Positions 29,562 through 41,239 of a stretch of 64,000 bases of DNA are shown here, one piece after another. Numbering within the stretch: the first letter of the stretch is position 1; every line of letters begins with the position of its first letter. The position numbers and the translations under genes are program-made. The notes under the pieces are model-generated. The model ran no database searches. It saw nothing but the letters and a program-made list of their open reading frames with translations, and was not told the origin of the DNA. Source of the stretch: a bacterium (GTDB lineage Bacteria > Acidobacteriota > Blastocatellia > HR10); assembly GCA_041640655.1 (NCBI GenBank), contig JBEPZV010000006.1:1-64000 (forward strand). Reading direction: 5' to 3'.

Positions 29562-32500
29562 TGACGATGCATTCGTCGGAGGAACTGCTGGATCTCGTTC
29601 GTCGCCTGCGTCGGCGCTGGATGTGGGGACATCTGCTTGAGCGCGCGGCTTATGGGGCGTTGGTGGTTCTCGGGTGGATGGTTCTGGCGGGGATCGTGAC
29701 CGCGCGCGCACCCATGGCGTCGGGGACGATGATGGTCCTTCGCGTGGGCACGCTCGTTGTTCTTCTCGGGGCGGCATACGTGTGCGTCTTTCGACCGCTG
29801 CGTCGGCGTCCCGATGAGGTGACCTTCGCGCGCTTCATCGAGGAGCGCGAGCCGCGGCTGGAGGATCGGCTGGTGACTGCCGTCGAGATTCTCGCTCCAT
29901 CGAGAGCGACTGCGGCGGGGACGGTCGTCTCTTCGGGCGAACGTGCCGGCGGTTTCTCTCCGGTGATCGTTCGGCGGTTGATCACCGACGCTCTCGCGCA
30001 GTGTTCGACGGTGAGCCGGGAGAGTGTGCTGCCGACGCGCGTCTTGCGCCTTCGAGCGATCTTGGCAATCGCCCCTGTCGTTCTCTTTGGAGCGTTGGTG
30101 TTGCTTGGTCCGGGATCGTTGCGCATGGGTTGGCAGCGGCTCTATTGGCCGTGGGGGATCGCCGCGCCGCCCCATGTCGCGATTCGCGTGCATCCGGGAG
30201 ATACGCGCGTTCCCCGCGGCCTGGATCAGGTCGTGACGGCCACGCTGCACAACTTCGAGGCGGAATCGGCGCGTCTGGTCTTTCGACCGCGCGGGGAATC
30301 GAACTGGCAGGCACACGCGATGCAGCGCGTGGAGCCTCGAACCTTTCGGTTCCTCTTCTCCGACCTCCAGCGGACGGTCGAATACTACGTGGAAGCCCGC
30401 GCGGTTCGTTCTCCTGCGTTCCGGATCGAAGTCGTGGACTGGCCGCGGGTGAGTCGGCTGGAGGTGATCTACACCTATCCGGCGTACACGGGGCACGCGC
30501 CGCGAAAGGTGGATGACGGAGGGGAGATCACGGCGGTGAAGGGGACGCGCGTGACGGTGATCGCCCATCTGAATGGGCGCGTGCGCGAGGCGCGGTTGGT
30601 CTTCGATGATGGGACCTCGGTGGCGATGCAGGCGCTCCACGGGGACCCCGAAGCGCCTGAGGGGGAGGCGCGCTTCACTGCGCAGATCGTCATCCGGAGA
30701 GATGCCCGCTACCACGTTCGCGTGCGGCCATTTGTGGGGGAGGAATATGCGGCCTCGCGCGAGTACACCATCACGGCGCTTGAGGACGCGCCGCCGACGA
30801 TCGTCATCGAGAAGCCGGGGCGCGATCTGAAGGTGACGGCCATTCAGGAAGTGTTCACCGAGGCGCGCGTCGAGGATGACTATGGCATCGCCCTGGTGGA
30901 ATTGCGCTACTCGATCAATGGTGAACCCGAACAGACGGTCATCCTTCACCGCGCGGGTACCCCCCGAGGGTCGGGGGCGCCTGTTCGGGTGATCACAGGC
31001 TCGCATACGTTCTTCCTGGAGGAGCTGAATCTGAAGCCCGGCGATGTGATTAGCTACTACGTCAAGGCGCGCGATACGAACACGGTGACCGGACCCGGCG
31101 AAGCGACGAGCGACATCTACTTCCTTGAAGTGCGTCCCTTCGATCGGCGATTCCGTCAGGCGCAGCAGGCGCCGACCGGTCAGGGGGCGGAGGAGCACGA
31201 GGGCGCCTTCGCCGAGCGGCAGAAAGAGATCATCGCCGCCACGTGGCGCGTCCTTCGGGAGAAGGATCGCGTCCCGGGCGAGGAGTTTCGAGCGAACGTG
31301 AATACGCTCGAGTTGGCGCAGACCAAGCTGCGCGAGGACGTGCAAGCGGTCGTGGACCGCATGTGGCGGCGATTGGGCGAGAGCCTGGAGGAGATGGAGG
31401 ATTTCAAGAAGCTCTTCGAGGCGTTGAGCGCTGCCGTTCGGGAGATGGAGCGCGCCGCGGACGAGCTGCGGGCGCGCCGGTTGAGAGAGGCCTTGCCCTT
31501 CGAGCAGCGCGCGTATCAGCAACTGCTTCGCGCCGATGCGGTCTTTCGAGAGGTTCAAGTCGCTCTCGCCAATCGGGCCGAGAGTGGGGGGAGCGCGCGG
31601 GCTCAAGATTTGGCCGATCTGTTCGAGCTGGAGCTGGACAAGATGCAGAATCAGTACGAGACGATTCAGCGCGATCGCGGTCGGGCGCGCGATCGGCAGT
31701 TGGAGGAGGTGGAGCGCCGACTCCGGGAGTTAGCTGAGCGGCAGCAACGGCTCTTGGAGCAGAGCTTGCGACAAGGCGCCGCGCGGGCACCCCGTGGGGA
31801 CCCAGGGCGCTCGGGCGAGGACGGGCGCCTGGCCCAAGAGGTGCGTGAGTTGGCTCGACGCCTGGAGCGGTTGACGCGGGAGCGACCGCTGTCGGAATTG
31901 GATCGGGTGCGCCAGCAACTGGAGCGAGCCGCGCGCGAGCTGCAGCGCGCGCGCGGCGCTTCGACCGAGGGCGAGGCTGCTGCTCATCGGCAACAAGCTC
32001 TGGAGCATATGCGGACGGCGCAGCGTCAGCTCCAGTTGGCGCAACGTTCGCAGCTTGGAGAGGACGTCGCTCGGTTGCGCGAACAGGCGCGCCAAGCGCA
32101 CGAGCAGCAGGAGCGCATCGCGCGCGAGGTCGAACGTCTGGCGCGGGAAGCCGGACGGGCGACCGATGTGCTCCGGGAGCGAAAATCGGCGCTCGCCGAG
32201 GAGGTGGCGCGTTTGAGGGAGCGCATCGAGGATGCGGCGCGACGAGCCCGTCAAGAGAATAACGCGCGCGCGGCCGGGAGCCTCTCTGCGGCTGCCGAGA
32301 CCATTCGGCGTCAACGCCTTCCGGAACGGATCGCGCAGGGGAATCGCTGGCTTGAGAACCGATGGCTCGACCGTGCCACTTCGGAGGAGCGCGCCATCGG
32401 ACGCGCTTTGGATGAGGTCGTTCGTCATTTGAACGAAGCCGCGCGGGATGTGAGATCGCGCCAATCGGGAGATCACGTGGCCGAAGCGTTGGATCGCGCG

Positions 32501-33142
32501 CGTCGCTTGGCCGAGAATCTCGAATCGCTTCGGGACCGACTGTCATCGCGTGAGGGCGCGCGCGCTCGTGGTGAAGAATCGCCGAGCGGGCCGCGTTCGT
32601 CCTCGCCGCAGAGGGCCGATCAATCTGGTGGGCGAGCTCGGGCGACGGCTGAACCGTCGCGGGAGGTGTCCGGGGAACGGCGCACGGGCGAGGCATGGAG
32701 GAATCCTATAGGGAGCCGGGGACCAGCTCGCGACTCCACTACCGATGCCACGGCCTTTGGACAGCCTCGACTGCGATCCGAGCGCGATCTGGGGGAAGCG
32801 CTCCGGCAACTTCGCCGCGAACTGGATGAGCGCGTGCGGGAGGCCGAAGCGTTGCGGCGTAGCCTTCTGCCTGTGCGCGATCTGGTGGATGACGCGAGCC
32901 GCCTCATCGCCGAGCTTCGACGACTCGATGCCGAGCGGCTCTTCAACGATCCTGAGGAGATCGAGCGCTTGAAGCGTCAAGTGCTCGATCCCCTGCGCCG
33001 ATTGGAGTGGGAGTTGAGCCATCGGCAGCAAGAGCAACTGGGCGCAGACCGATTGCAATTGGGGGAGGAAGCAGCCGTCCCGCCAGAATACCGGCGCTTG
33101 GTCCAGGAGTACTATCGCCGGCTCGCCCGCCAGCCGAAGTGA
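29561..33142 (+). CDS. DUF4175-like large membrane-anchored coiled-coil protein
   Basis: N-terminal TMs, Ig-like middle region (DDYGI, LKPGDVISYYVKARD), long coiled coil and C-terminal VPPEYRRLVQEYYRRL; TGATG coupling. Confidence 0.85.
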   Translation: MTMHSSEELLDLVRRLRRRWMWGHLLERAAYGALVVLGWMVLAGIVTARAPMASGTMMVLRVGTLVVLLGAAYVCVFRPLRRRPDEVTFARFIEEREPRLEDRLVTAVEILAPSRATAAGTVVSSGERAGGFSPVIVRRLITDALAQCSTVSRESVLPTRVLRLRAILAIAPVVLFGALVLLGPGSLRMGWQRLYWPWGIAAPPHVAIRVHPGDTRVPRGLDQVVTATLHNFEAESARLVFRPRGESNWQAHAMQRVEPRTFRFLFSDLQRTVEYYVEARAVRSPAFRIEVVDWPRVSRLEVIYTYPAYTGHAPRKVDDGGEITAVKGTRVTVIAHLNGRVREARLVFDDGTSVAMQALHGDPEAPEGEARFTAQIVIRRDARYHVRVRPFVGEEYAASREYTITALEDAPPTIVIEKPGRDLKVTAIQEVFTEARVEDDYGIALVELRYSINGEPEQTVILHRAGTPRGSGAPVRVITGSHTFFLEELNLKPGDVISYYVKARDTNTVTGPGEATSDIYFLEVRPFDRRFRQAQQAPTGQGAEEHEGAFAERQKEIIAATWRVLREKDRVPGEEFRANVNTLELAQTKLREDVQAVVDRMWRRLGESLEEMEDFKKLFEALSAAVREMERAADELRARRLREALPFEQRAYQQLLRADAVFREVQVALANRAESGGSARAQDLADLFELELDKMQNQYETIQRDRGRARDRQLEEVERRLRELAERQQRLLEQSLRQGAARAPRGDPGRSGEDGRLAQEVRELARRLERLTRERPLSELDRVRQQLERAARELQRARGASTEGEAAAHRQQALEHMRTAQRQLQLAQRSQLGEDVARLREQARQAHEQQERIAREVERLAREAGRATDVLRERKSALAEEVARLRERIEDAARRARQENNARAAGSLSAAAETIRRQRLPERIAQGNRWLENRWLDRATSEERAIGRALDEVVRHLNEAARDVRSRQSGDHVAEALDRARRLAENLESLRDRLSSREGARARGEESPSGPRSSSPQRADQSGGRARATAEPSREVSGERRTGEAWRNPIGSRGPARDSTTDATAFGQPRLRSERDLGEALRQLRRELDERVREAEALRRSLLPVRDLVDDASRLIAELRRLDAERLFNDPEEIERLKRQVLDPLRRLEWELSHRQQEQLGADRLQLGEEAAVPPEYRRLVQEYYRRLARQPK
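31785..31803. repeat. Collapsed derivative of the palindromic element (arms only)
   Basis: gggcacccc-gt-ggggaccc, encoding RAPRGDP. Confidence 0.6.
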
Positions 33143-33263
33143 GACTGTTCCGATGTGTCCCTCCCTGCTGAACTTGCTCAGGATGCGGGAGCGTGGGATC
33201 TTCTTCTGATCTGGAGCCCGCAGGCGGTGCTGGTGGACGACGCTTTGCGCATCGTGCGGCTGC

Positions 33264-35033
33264 TTGTCCAGGACTAAGCGGTGCGAGTCGTCTTGGTTGG
33301 GTGGAGGTTTCCTTGGAGCCATGGGCTCAGGTTCTCCACAAGTGGTGGGATTGAGAAAGTCACGTCTGATAACAAAAAGCATCCTTTGTTTGCTGGGTGT
33401 TCTTGCAGGGGGATGGCCTGAGGCTCTCACTATTCTCACTACACGGGACCCTGCTGATAGGTCCTTCAAGGTCATTGCTGCCGGTGCTTCTTCTCATCGT
33501 GCCCGTGAGTTGAGGAGACAGGGTGCGTCGAACCGACCGGCGAATCAAGATACTGAGGCCTTCTGGAAGCTGAAGGCGGAGGAGGGGTTCTCGTTTGCTT
33601 CTGGTGCTTGGTTGGACTTGGGTTTTGTCCAGGCCCAGACGCAGACACGGATTCTTCCCATGCGAACGATACGTATTGGGTTGAACCCAACGCGTTTCTC
33701 GGAATCGGGTGAGGTCCTCGCGGAGTTTGATACCAGTACGGCACAGAGGCACTCGCGAATCGTCCTCACGGCTACGGGACCTTTCATCTTGCTGCAGTCG
33801 ACATGTGAAGAGGGCAGCATTCCCATTGCGTTCGGGGAAGCTGGGGAGGCCTTTGCCTTCACAGCGACTTTTGGGGGGATCGCCGTCGAGTTCCCCTCTG
33901 GGATCACTGTGAGTCTGATAACGAATAGCATTTGCATAGCTCCCGTTGCATCTGACGTTCTCCTTGCGGTCATGAGCATTCGACGTCGCAATCTGAACCG
34001 CGCTGGGAATCCCTTTGAGCCACCCTACTATCGGGGTGTGCTTGAGATTCAGCGCGCCACAGGCCTTGGCGAATCGGGGCTTCGGCTCATCAATGTCCTT
34101 GATCTTGAAGAATACTTGCAGGGCGTCATCACCAACGAGATGCCCGCCTCGTTTCATCCCGAGGCATTACGAGCTCAAGCGGTGGCAGCTCGCACCTACG
34201 CTTTGGCCAATCGAGGCCGCTTCGCCAGCCGAGGGTTCGATCTTGACGATTCGACGCTCTCGCAAGTTTATCGCGGTGTGCTCTCCGAACATCCGAACGG
34301 CACGGCAGCCATTCAGAGCACGCGCGGATTGGTCGTCGTCCGGGATGGGGAACTGATTCCCACATTCTACTCGTCCTCGATGGGCGGGCATACGGAGGGC
34401 ATCGAATGGATCTTCAATGCTCCGGCTGATCAACTTCCCGGGTCAAATGCTCATCCGGCGCTGCGGGCCGTTCACGATGGTGATTTCCCGGTGCCTGTGG
34501 ATCTCTTGTCGGACGAAGGGGCGCTGGTGTTCTACAGCCGGAGTTGGGATCATTTCGATAGCCCGCAGCGCAGCGGAAACTCCCGCTACCGATGGGTAGT
34601 CACGCGCAGTGTGGAGTTCATTGCTGAGCGTCTGGCCAGCACTCGCGGCCTCTGGCTTGGTACGATCCTGGACGTGATCGCGACGCTGCGCAGCCCGTCA
34701 GGACGCATCGCTCAACTGCAAATCGTAGGCGAGCGCGGGACGGTGACGCTGCAGGGGTGGCGAACACTGCGGGATTTCTTCCAGCTGCTCAACAGCCCGA
34801 GTGCCATCGTCCCACGGCGAGATGCCACGGGACGGGTGACGGGCTTTGATCTCTACGGTGGGGGATGGGGGCATAATGTCGGCATGAGTCAGTATGGAGC
34901 ACACGGTCGGGGCCGCAGCGGACAGACCTTTCGGGAGATTCTCGCCGCCTATTACATGGGCGCTGAAGTCGTTTCCATCGAGGTTGAGGCGTCTGAGAAG
35001 CCCAATTGGGTGATCTGGCGAGAGCGCCGGTAG
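33264..35033 (+). CDS. SpoIID/LytB domain protein (start uncertain, possibly ~33342)
   Basis: YRGVLEI, LEEYLQGVITNEMP, AQAVAARTYA, SQVYRG and GWGHNVGMSQYGA. Confidence 0.85.
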   Translation: MSRTKRCESSWLGGGFLGAMGSGSPQVVGLRKSRLITKSILCLLGVLAGGWPEALTILTTRDPADRSFKVIAAGASSHRARELRRQGASNRPANQDTEAFWKLKAEEGFSFASGAWLDLGFVQAQTQTRILPMRTIRIGLNPTRFSESGEVLAEFDTSTAQRHSRIVLTATGPFILLQSTCEEGSIPIAFGEAGEAFAFTATFGGIAVEFPSGITVSLITNSICIAPVASDVLLAVMSIRRRNLNRAGNPFEPPYYRGVLEIQRATGLGESGLRLINVLDLEEYLQGVITNEMPASFHPEALRAQAVAARTYALANRGRFASRGFDLDDSTLSQVYRGVLSEHPNGTAAIQSTRGLVVVRDGELIPTFYSSSMGGHTEGIEWIFNAPADQLPGSNAHPALRAVHDGDFPVPVDLLSDEGALVFYSRSWDHFDSPQRSGNSRYRWVVTRSVEFIAERLASTRGLWLGTILDVIATLRSPSGRIAQLQIVGERGTVTLQGWRTLRDFFQLLNSPSAIVPRRDATGRVTGFDLYGGGWGHNVGMSQYGAHGRGRSGQTFREILAAYYMGAEVVSIEVEASEKPNWVIWRERR

Positions 35034-35357
35034 TGAGAGAGGCGCGTTGCCTGTCGCGCCATGTCAGTATGGATAGCCATCGTCTGGAGTGCGGGGGAAC
35101 GGCGGACAAAAGCCTCGCAGGGGTTGTGTTAATTGTGCACCGGGCGAAGATCAACCATGAGAGCGCCGCAGCGTCTGACGCGCAGATGGTATCGGGCTGA
35201 AGGCCGCTCGGCTGCTTGACCTCCTCGGGCTGGCGGAAAGTTGTGGATGTGCGCCAGATGCATGGGGAAGGTGCACGATCTTTGGAAGCGCATCGAGTCC
35301 GATAAGAAATCTTCTGACATAAAATCTATAAATAGCGCGCCATCAACGGGGAGTTGC

Positions 35358-37774
<2,417 letters not shown>

Positions 37775-37811
37775 GCTCGCCCCTCCTGCTTCTTGAACTC
37801 ATGAGCGCGTG

Positions 37812-37841
37812 ACTGTATCACATCGACAATCGGCGTGTCAA
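37812..37841 (-). promoter_or_regulatory. Putative sigma70 promoter for metK-ahcY
   Basis: Minus strand reads TTGACA-18 nt-TACAGT. Confidence 0.55.
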
Positions 37842-37870
37842 GAAAACGCTCCCGATGCCCTGCCGGTGAT

Positions 37871-38755
37871 TCACGCTCGAGGGTGGCAGCGATCGTAAAT
37901 CTGACGAAGGCGCTCGTTGGTGACATAGGTGTACACCTGGGTCGTACTGAGATCAGCATGTCCGAGCATCATCTGAACGGATCGCAGATCGGCCCCGTGC
38001 TCCAGAAGATGTGTGGCGAACGTATGGCGCAGCATATGGGGCATGACGCGCCCCAGTCCGGCCGCGCGCCCGTATCGCGCGACAATCTTCCAAAGGGCTT
38101 GACGCGTCAGCGCACGCCCTCGCGGCGAGATGAAAAGCCACGCCGAAGTCCTCTGCCCCAACCACCGCTGTCGCACCGGAAGATACCTCAGGACCCACTC
38201 GATCGCCGAGCGACCCAGCGGAACCAACCGCTCTTTGCTCCCCTTCCCCAAACAGATCACAATCCCTTGATCCACATCCACATCCGTGAGCTTCAAGGCG
38301 ACCAACTCTGACGCCCTCAATCCGGTCGCATACAAGACTTCGAGAATCGCGCGATCCCGAATCCCAATATCTCGAGTCACATCAGGTTGCTCAAGTAAAA
38401 GATTAACCTCTTCGACCGTGAGGAACTTCGGGAGCATCTGCCAAGACCTTGGAGTATCAAGACCTGCCGTCGGATCGGTTTTCAAGACGCCGTCGAGGAT
38501 CAAGAACTTGAAGAAATTTCTCAACGTCGTCATGCTTCGCGCGATGCTCTTCGCATCATACCCCCGCTCCTTCATCTCCCGAAGGAAGTCCCGAACGTCC
38601 TCCCGCGAGAGGCTCGGCAAATCTCTCCCCCTCTCCCGCCTCGCCCAGGCAGCGGCCTGCTCCAGGTCACGGCGATAGGCCTCGATCGTGTTGGCCGAGA
38701 GCCCTCGCTCGACTCTCAACGACGTGAGGAACTCTCTCACGAGATCGCGCGACAT
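37871..38755 (-). CDS. xerD: Tyrosine recombinase XerD
   Basis: ERGLSANTIEAYRRDL, YATGLRASEL, GKGSKERLVP, HMLRHTFATHLL, LRSVQMMLGHADLSTTQVY and HPRA end. Confidence 0.9.
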   Translation of the reverse strand: MSRDLVREFLTSLRVERGLSANTIEAYRRDLEQAAAWARRERGRDLPSLSREDVRDFLREMKERGYDAKSIARSMTTLRNFFKFLILDGVLKTDPTAGLDTPRSWQMLPKFLTVEEVNLLLEQPDVTRDIGIRDRAILEVLYATGLRASELVALKLTDVDVDQGIVICLGKGSKERLVPLGRSAIEWVLRYLPVRQRWLGQRTSAWLFISPRGRALTRQALWKIVARYGRAAGLGRVMPHMLRHTFATHLLEHGADLRSVQMMLGHADLSTTQVYTYVTNERLRQIYDRCHPRA

Positions 38756-38836
38756 CGTTCGCACCTTGACTCTCTCGCCACAGTCCCCGTAGATTTACTC
38801 ACCTTAAATAGCCCATATCGAGGGACCGAGTCAACC

Positions 38837-39874
38837 ATGAGACTCTCCGACATCGCCCGATACATCGGCGCGCGGCTCGAGGGCGAGGATCTCGAAATCA
38901 CGGGGATCGCTCCGATCGCCGAAGCCCAACCCGGAGAGCTGACCTTCATCGCCAATCCCAAGTACGCTCCCCTGATCAAGACGACGCGCGCCTCGGCCGT
39001 GATCGTCGCCGAGGACTTCGCCCCCGCGCCGATCGCGCTTCTGCGAACGCCCAACCCCTATTTCGCCTTCGCTAAAGCCCTGGAGCTGTTCCACCGCCCT
39101 CTTCAACCAGAGCCCGGGATCCATCCGACGGCCCTCGTGCACCCGAGCACCAAGCTCGGCACCGGCGTCGCCATTGGCGCGTACACGGTCATCGCCGCCG
39201 AATGCGAGATCGGCGACCATGTCGTCATCTACCCCCATTGTATGATCTACCCGAACGTCCGCATCGGCGCGCATACGACCATCCATTCCCACGTGACCAT
39301 TCGCGAGAACACGCAGATCGGCGCCCGCGTCATCATCCACAACGGAGCGCGCATCGGCACCGATGGCTTCGGATACGCGCGCGATCCCGAAGGCCGATGG
39401 TATAAGATCCCTCAAACGGGACGGGTGATCATCCGAGACGGGGTCGAGATCGGCGCCAATACGACCATTGACCGCGCGGCCATTGGCGAGACGGTCATCG
39501 CCGACCACGTGAAGATCGATAATCTGGTGCAGATCGGTCATGGGTGTAAGGTGGGCGAGAACTCGCTCTTGTGCGCTCAGGTCGGACTGGCCGGAAGCAC
39601 TGAGGTCGGGCGCAACGTCATGCTCGCCGGTCAAGTGGGGGCCGCCGGCCATCTCCGCATCGGCGATAATGTGATCGCCACGGCTCAAACTGGCATCCCC
39701 TCCTCGGTCGAACCCAACCGCGTCATCTCGGGTTATCCGGCCATGGAGAATGCCCTCTGGCGGCGCGCCTCGGTCCTCTTCGCCCGCTTGCCGGAGATGT
39801 ACCGCCTCTTGCGCGAGATGAAGGGACGGCTGGAGCGTCTCGAACGCCTCCATGCGCAGACAAATTCGGAGTGA
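38837..39874 (+). CDS. lpxD: UDP-3-O-(3-hydroxyacyl)glucosamine N-acyltransferase
   Basis: Hexapeptide repeats, DGFGY, IGANTTIDR and KIDNLVQIGH. Confidence 0.96.
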   Translation: MRLSDIARYIGARLEGEDLEITGIAPIAEAQPGELTFIANPKYAPLIKTTRASAVIVAEDFAPAPIALLRTPNPYFAFAKALELFHRPLQPEPGIHPTALVHPSTKLGTGVAIGAYTVIAAECEIGDHVVIYPHCMIYPNVRIGAHTTIHSHVTIRENTQIGARVIIHNGARIGTDGFGYARDPEGRWYKIPQTGRVIIRDGVEIGANTTIDRAAIGETVIADHVKIDNLVQIGHGCKVGENSLLCAQVGLAGSTEVGRNVMLAGQVGAAGHLRIGDNVIATAQTGIPSSVEPNRVISGYPAMENALWRRASVLFARLPEMYRLLREMKGRLERLERLHAQTNSE

Positions 39875-39877
39875 GCC

Positions 39878-40423
39878 ATGACGCTGAAGATCGAGAACCG
39901 AACGACTGTGCGCCTCAACGTCCAGAAGCTGACCGAGCACATCCACTCTGTTCTGGAGACGATCCCTCGCGAGCATCTGCGCGGAGTGAGCAAGCTCGTT
40001 CTGGTGGATTACGTCACGGATTCGCGTCTGGACCCGCAGACCCGCCGCGAGCTCCCCGGACTCTATCATCCGCGGATGCCCGGTTCCCCACACGCCTGGC
40101 TGGAGATCGCGCTCAAGCCCCTCACCCCCGAAGGCTCGCTCTGGAAGCGCCTCTCGGCCCGTCTGGCCCTCAAGGCCAATGTGACGGCCACGCTGCTGTC
40201 GCTCATCGCCCAGCACTATTATCTGACGCTCTCGCACGGTGTGCGGAAGGGGCAATACGAACAGGCCATCCGAAGTTACGTGGATCGGCAGCTCTCGATC
40301 TACGCCCGAACGCGCAAGGGGTGGCGAGCGCGACTCATCCGCCCTTTCCTCCCTTGGCTCGAAAAGCTCGCCCGCTGGTTGCAGAAGAAATCCCATCAGC
40401 AGGCGCGCCAAAGACGCGCCTGA
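39878..40423 (+). CDS. Hypothetical protein, possibly a degenerate zincin-like fold
   Basis: Clean ORF 3 nt after lpxD; contains IPREHLRG..GLY..LEI..TLLSLIAQHYY. Confidence 0.7.
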   Translation: MTLKIENRTTVRLNVQKLTEHIHSVLETIPREHLRGVSKLVLVDYVTDSRLDPQTRRELPGLYHPRMPGSPHAWLEIALKPLTPEGSLWKRLSARLALKANVTATLLSLIAQHYYLTLSHGVRKGQYEQAIRSYVDRQLSIYARTRKGWRARLIRPFLPWLEKLARWLQKKSHQQARQRRA

Positions 40424-40426
40424 CGC

Positions 40427-41239
40427 TCAGACGGCCCGCTCGATCTCCTCGGCCACTCGGCGCAGACACTCGGCCACTTCTCCAGGAGTCACCTCCGCCT
40501 TCTTGAACCGCACCTCCAGACGGAATTCGGCCGCGCGATAGCGATAGACGAAGGGGCGAGGCCGCTTCTGCACCGCCCGCTTTTGACGCCGAACGTCATC
40601 TCGCCGCAGCCCCTCGCGGCGGATGCGCTCAATGAGCGCTCGCATCTGCTCGACATCCTTCAATCGGGCGATCTGCAGCAGCACGGACTTCGACTGAATG
40701 TCGGCGCGCCGACAGAGTTCCTTGATCTCCTCCGGCATCTCGGCCAACGCCAACGTCTCGGTCACCGACGATCGCGACTTCCCGATCTTGCGCGCGATCT
40801 CCTCATGCGTGTAGCCGAACCGCTCGACCAGCATCTTGAACCCCTGCGCCTCCTCAAACGGCGTCAGGTCCTTCCGCTGCAAGTTCTCGATCAGGTTGAT
40901 CTCGGCCACCGCCTGATCGTCCACGTCCATCTCAATGCACGGGACCTCGCGCAAACCGACAATCAGCGCCGCTCGATACCGCCGCTCGCCGCTGATGATC
41001 ATGAACCGCCCATCCCCCTTCGGACGCACAAGGAGCGGCTCCAGAATCCCCTTCTCCCGAATCGAGGCCACCAGATCCGAGAGATCCCCGATCTCCACCC
41101 GAGGCTGCTCCAGATTCAGATCGAGCCGATCAATGGGGATCATCCGTCCGATCGGAGCCCCTGTGCGCGAGGCCAACTGCTCGACAAAGTGCAGATCATG
41201 CCGCAATCGGAGATTCGCCGGAAGTCCTCGCTTAGACAC
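40427..41239 (-). CDS. parB: ParB/Spo0J family protein
   Basis: [28 protein letters not shown] and an HTH. Confidence 0.9.
   Translation of the reverse strand: MSKRGLPANLRLRHDLHFVEQLASRTGAPIGRMIPIDRLDLNLEQPRVEIGDLSDLVASIREKGILEPLLVRPKGDGRFMIISGERRYRAALIVGLREVPCIEMDVDDQAVAEINLIENLQRKDLTPFEEAQGFKMLVERFGYTHEEIARKIGKSRSSVTETLALAEMPEEIKELCRRADIQSKSVLLQIARLKDVEQMRALIERIRREGLRRDDVRRQKRAVQKRPRPFVYRYRAAEFRLEVRFKKAEVTPGEVAECLRRVAEEIERAV

Noticed and set aside
33155..33277. ~40-codon ORF (VSLPAELAQDAGAWDLLL...) between the DUF4175-like and SpoIID-like genes
   Set aside because: It has no RBS or recognisable motif, so it cannot be supported.
37775..37870. SAM or SAH riboswitch upstream of metK-ahcY
   Set aside because: The gap is short and mostly occupied by a promoter and SD; no aptamer motifs are seen.
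37871..38755. Tyrosine recombinase as a prophage or island integrase
   Set aside because: Size and motifs match chromosomal XerD, the flanks are housekeeping genes, and no att repeats or phage genes are seen.
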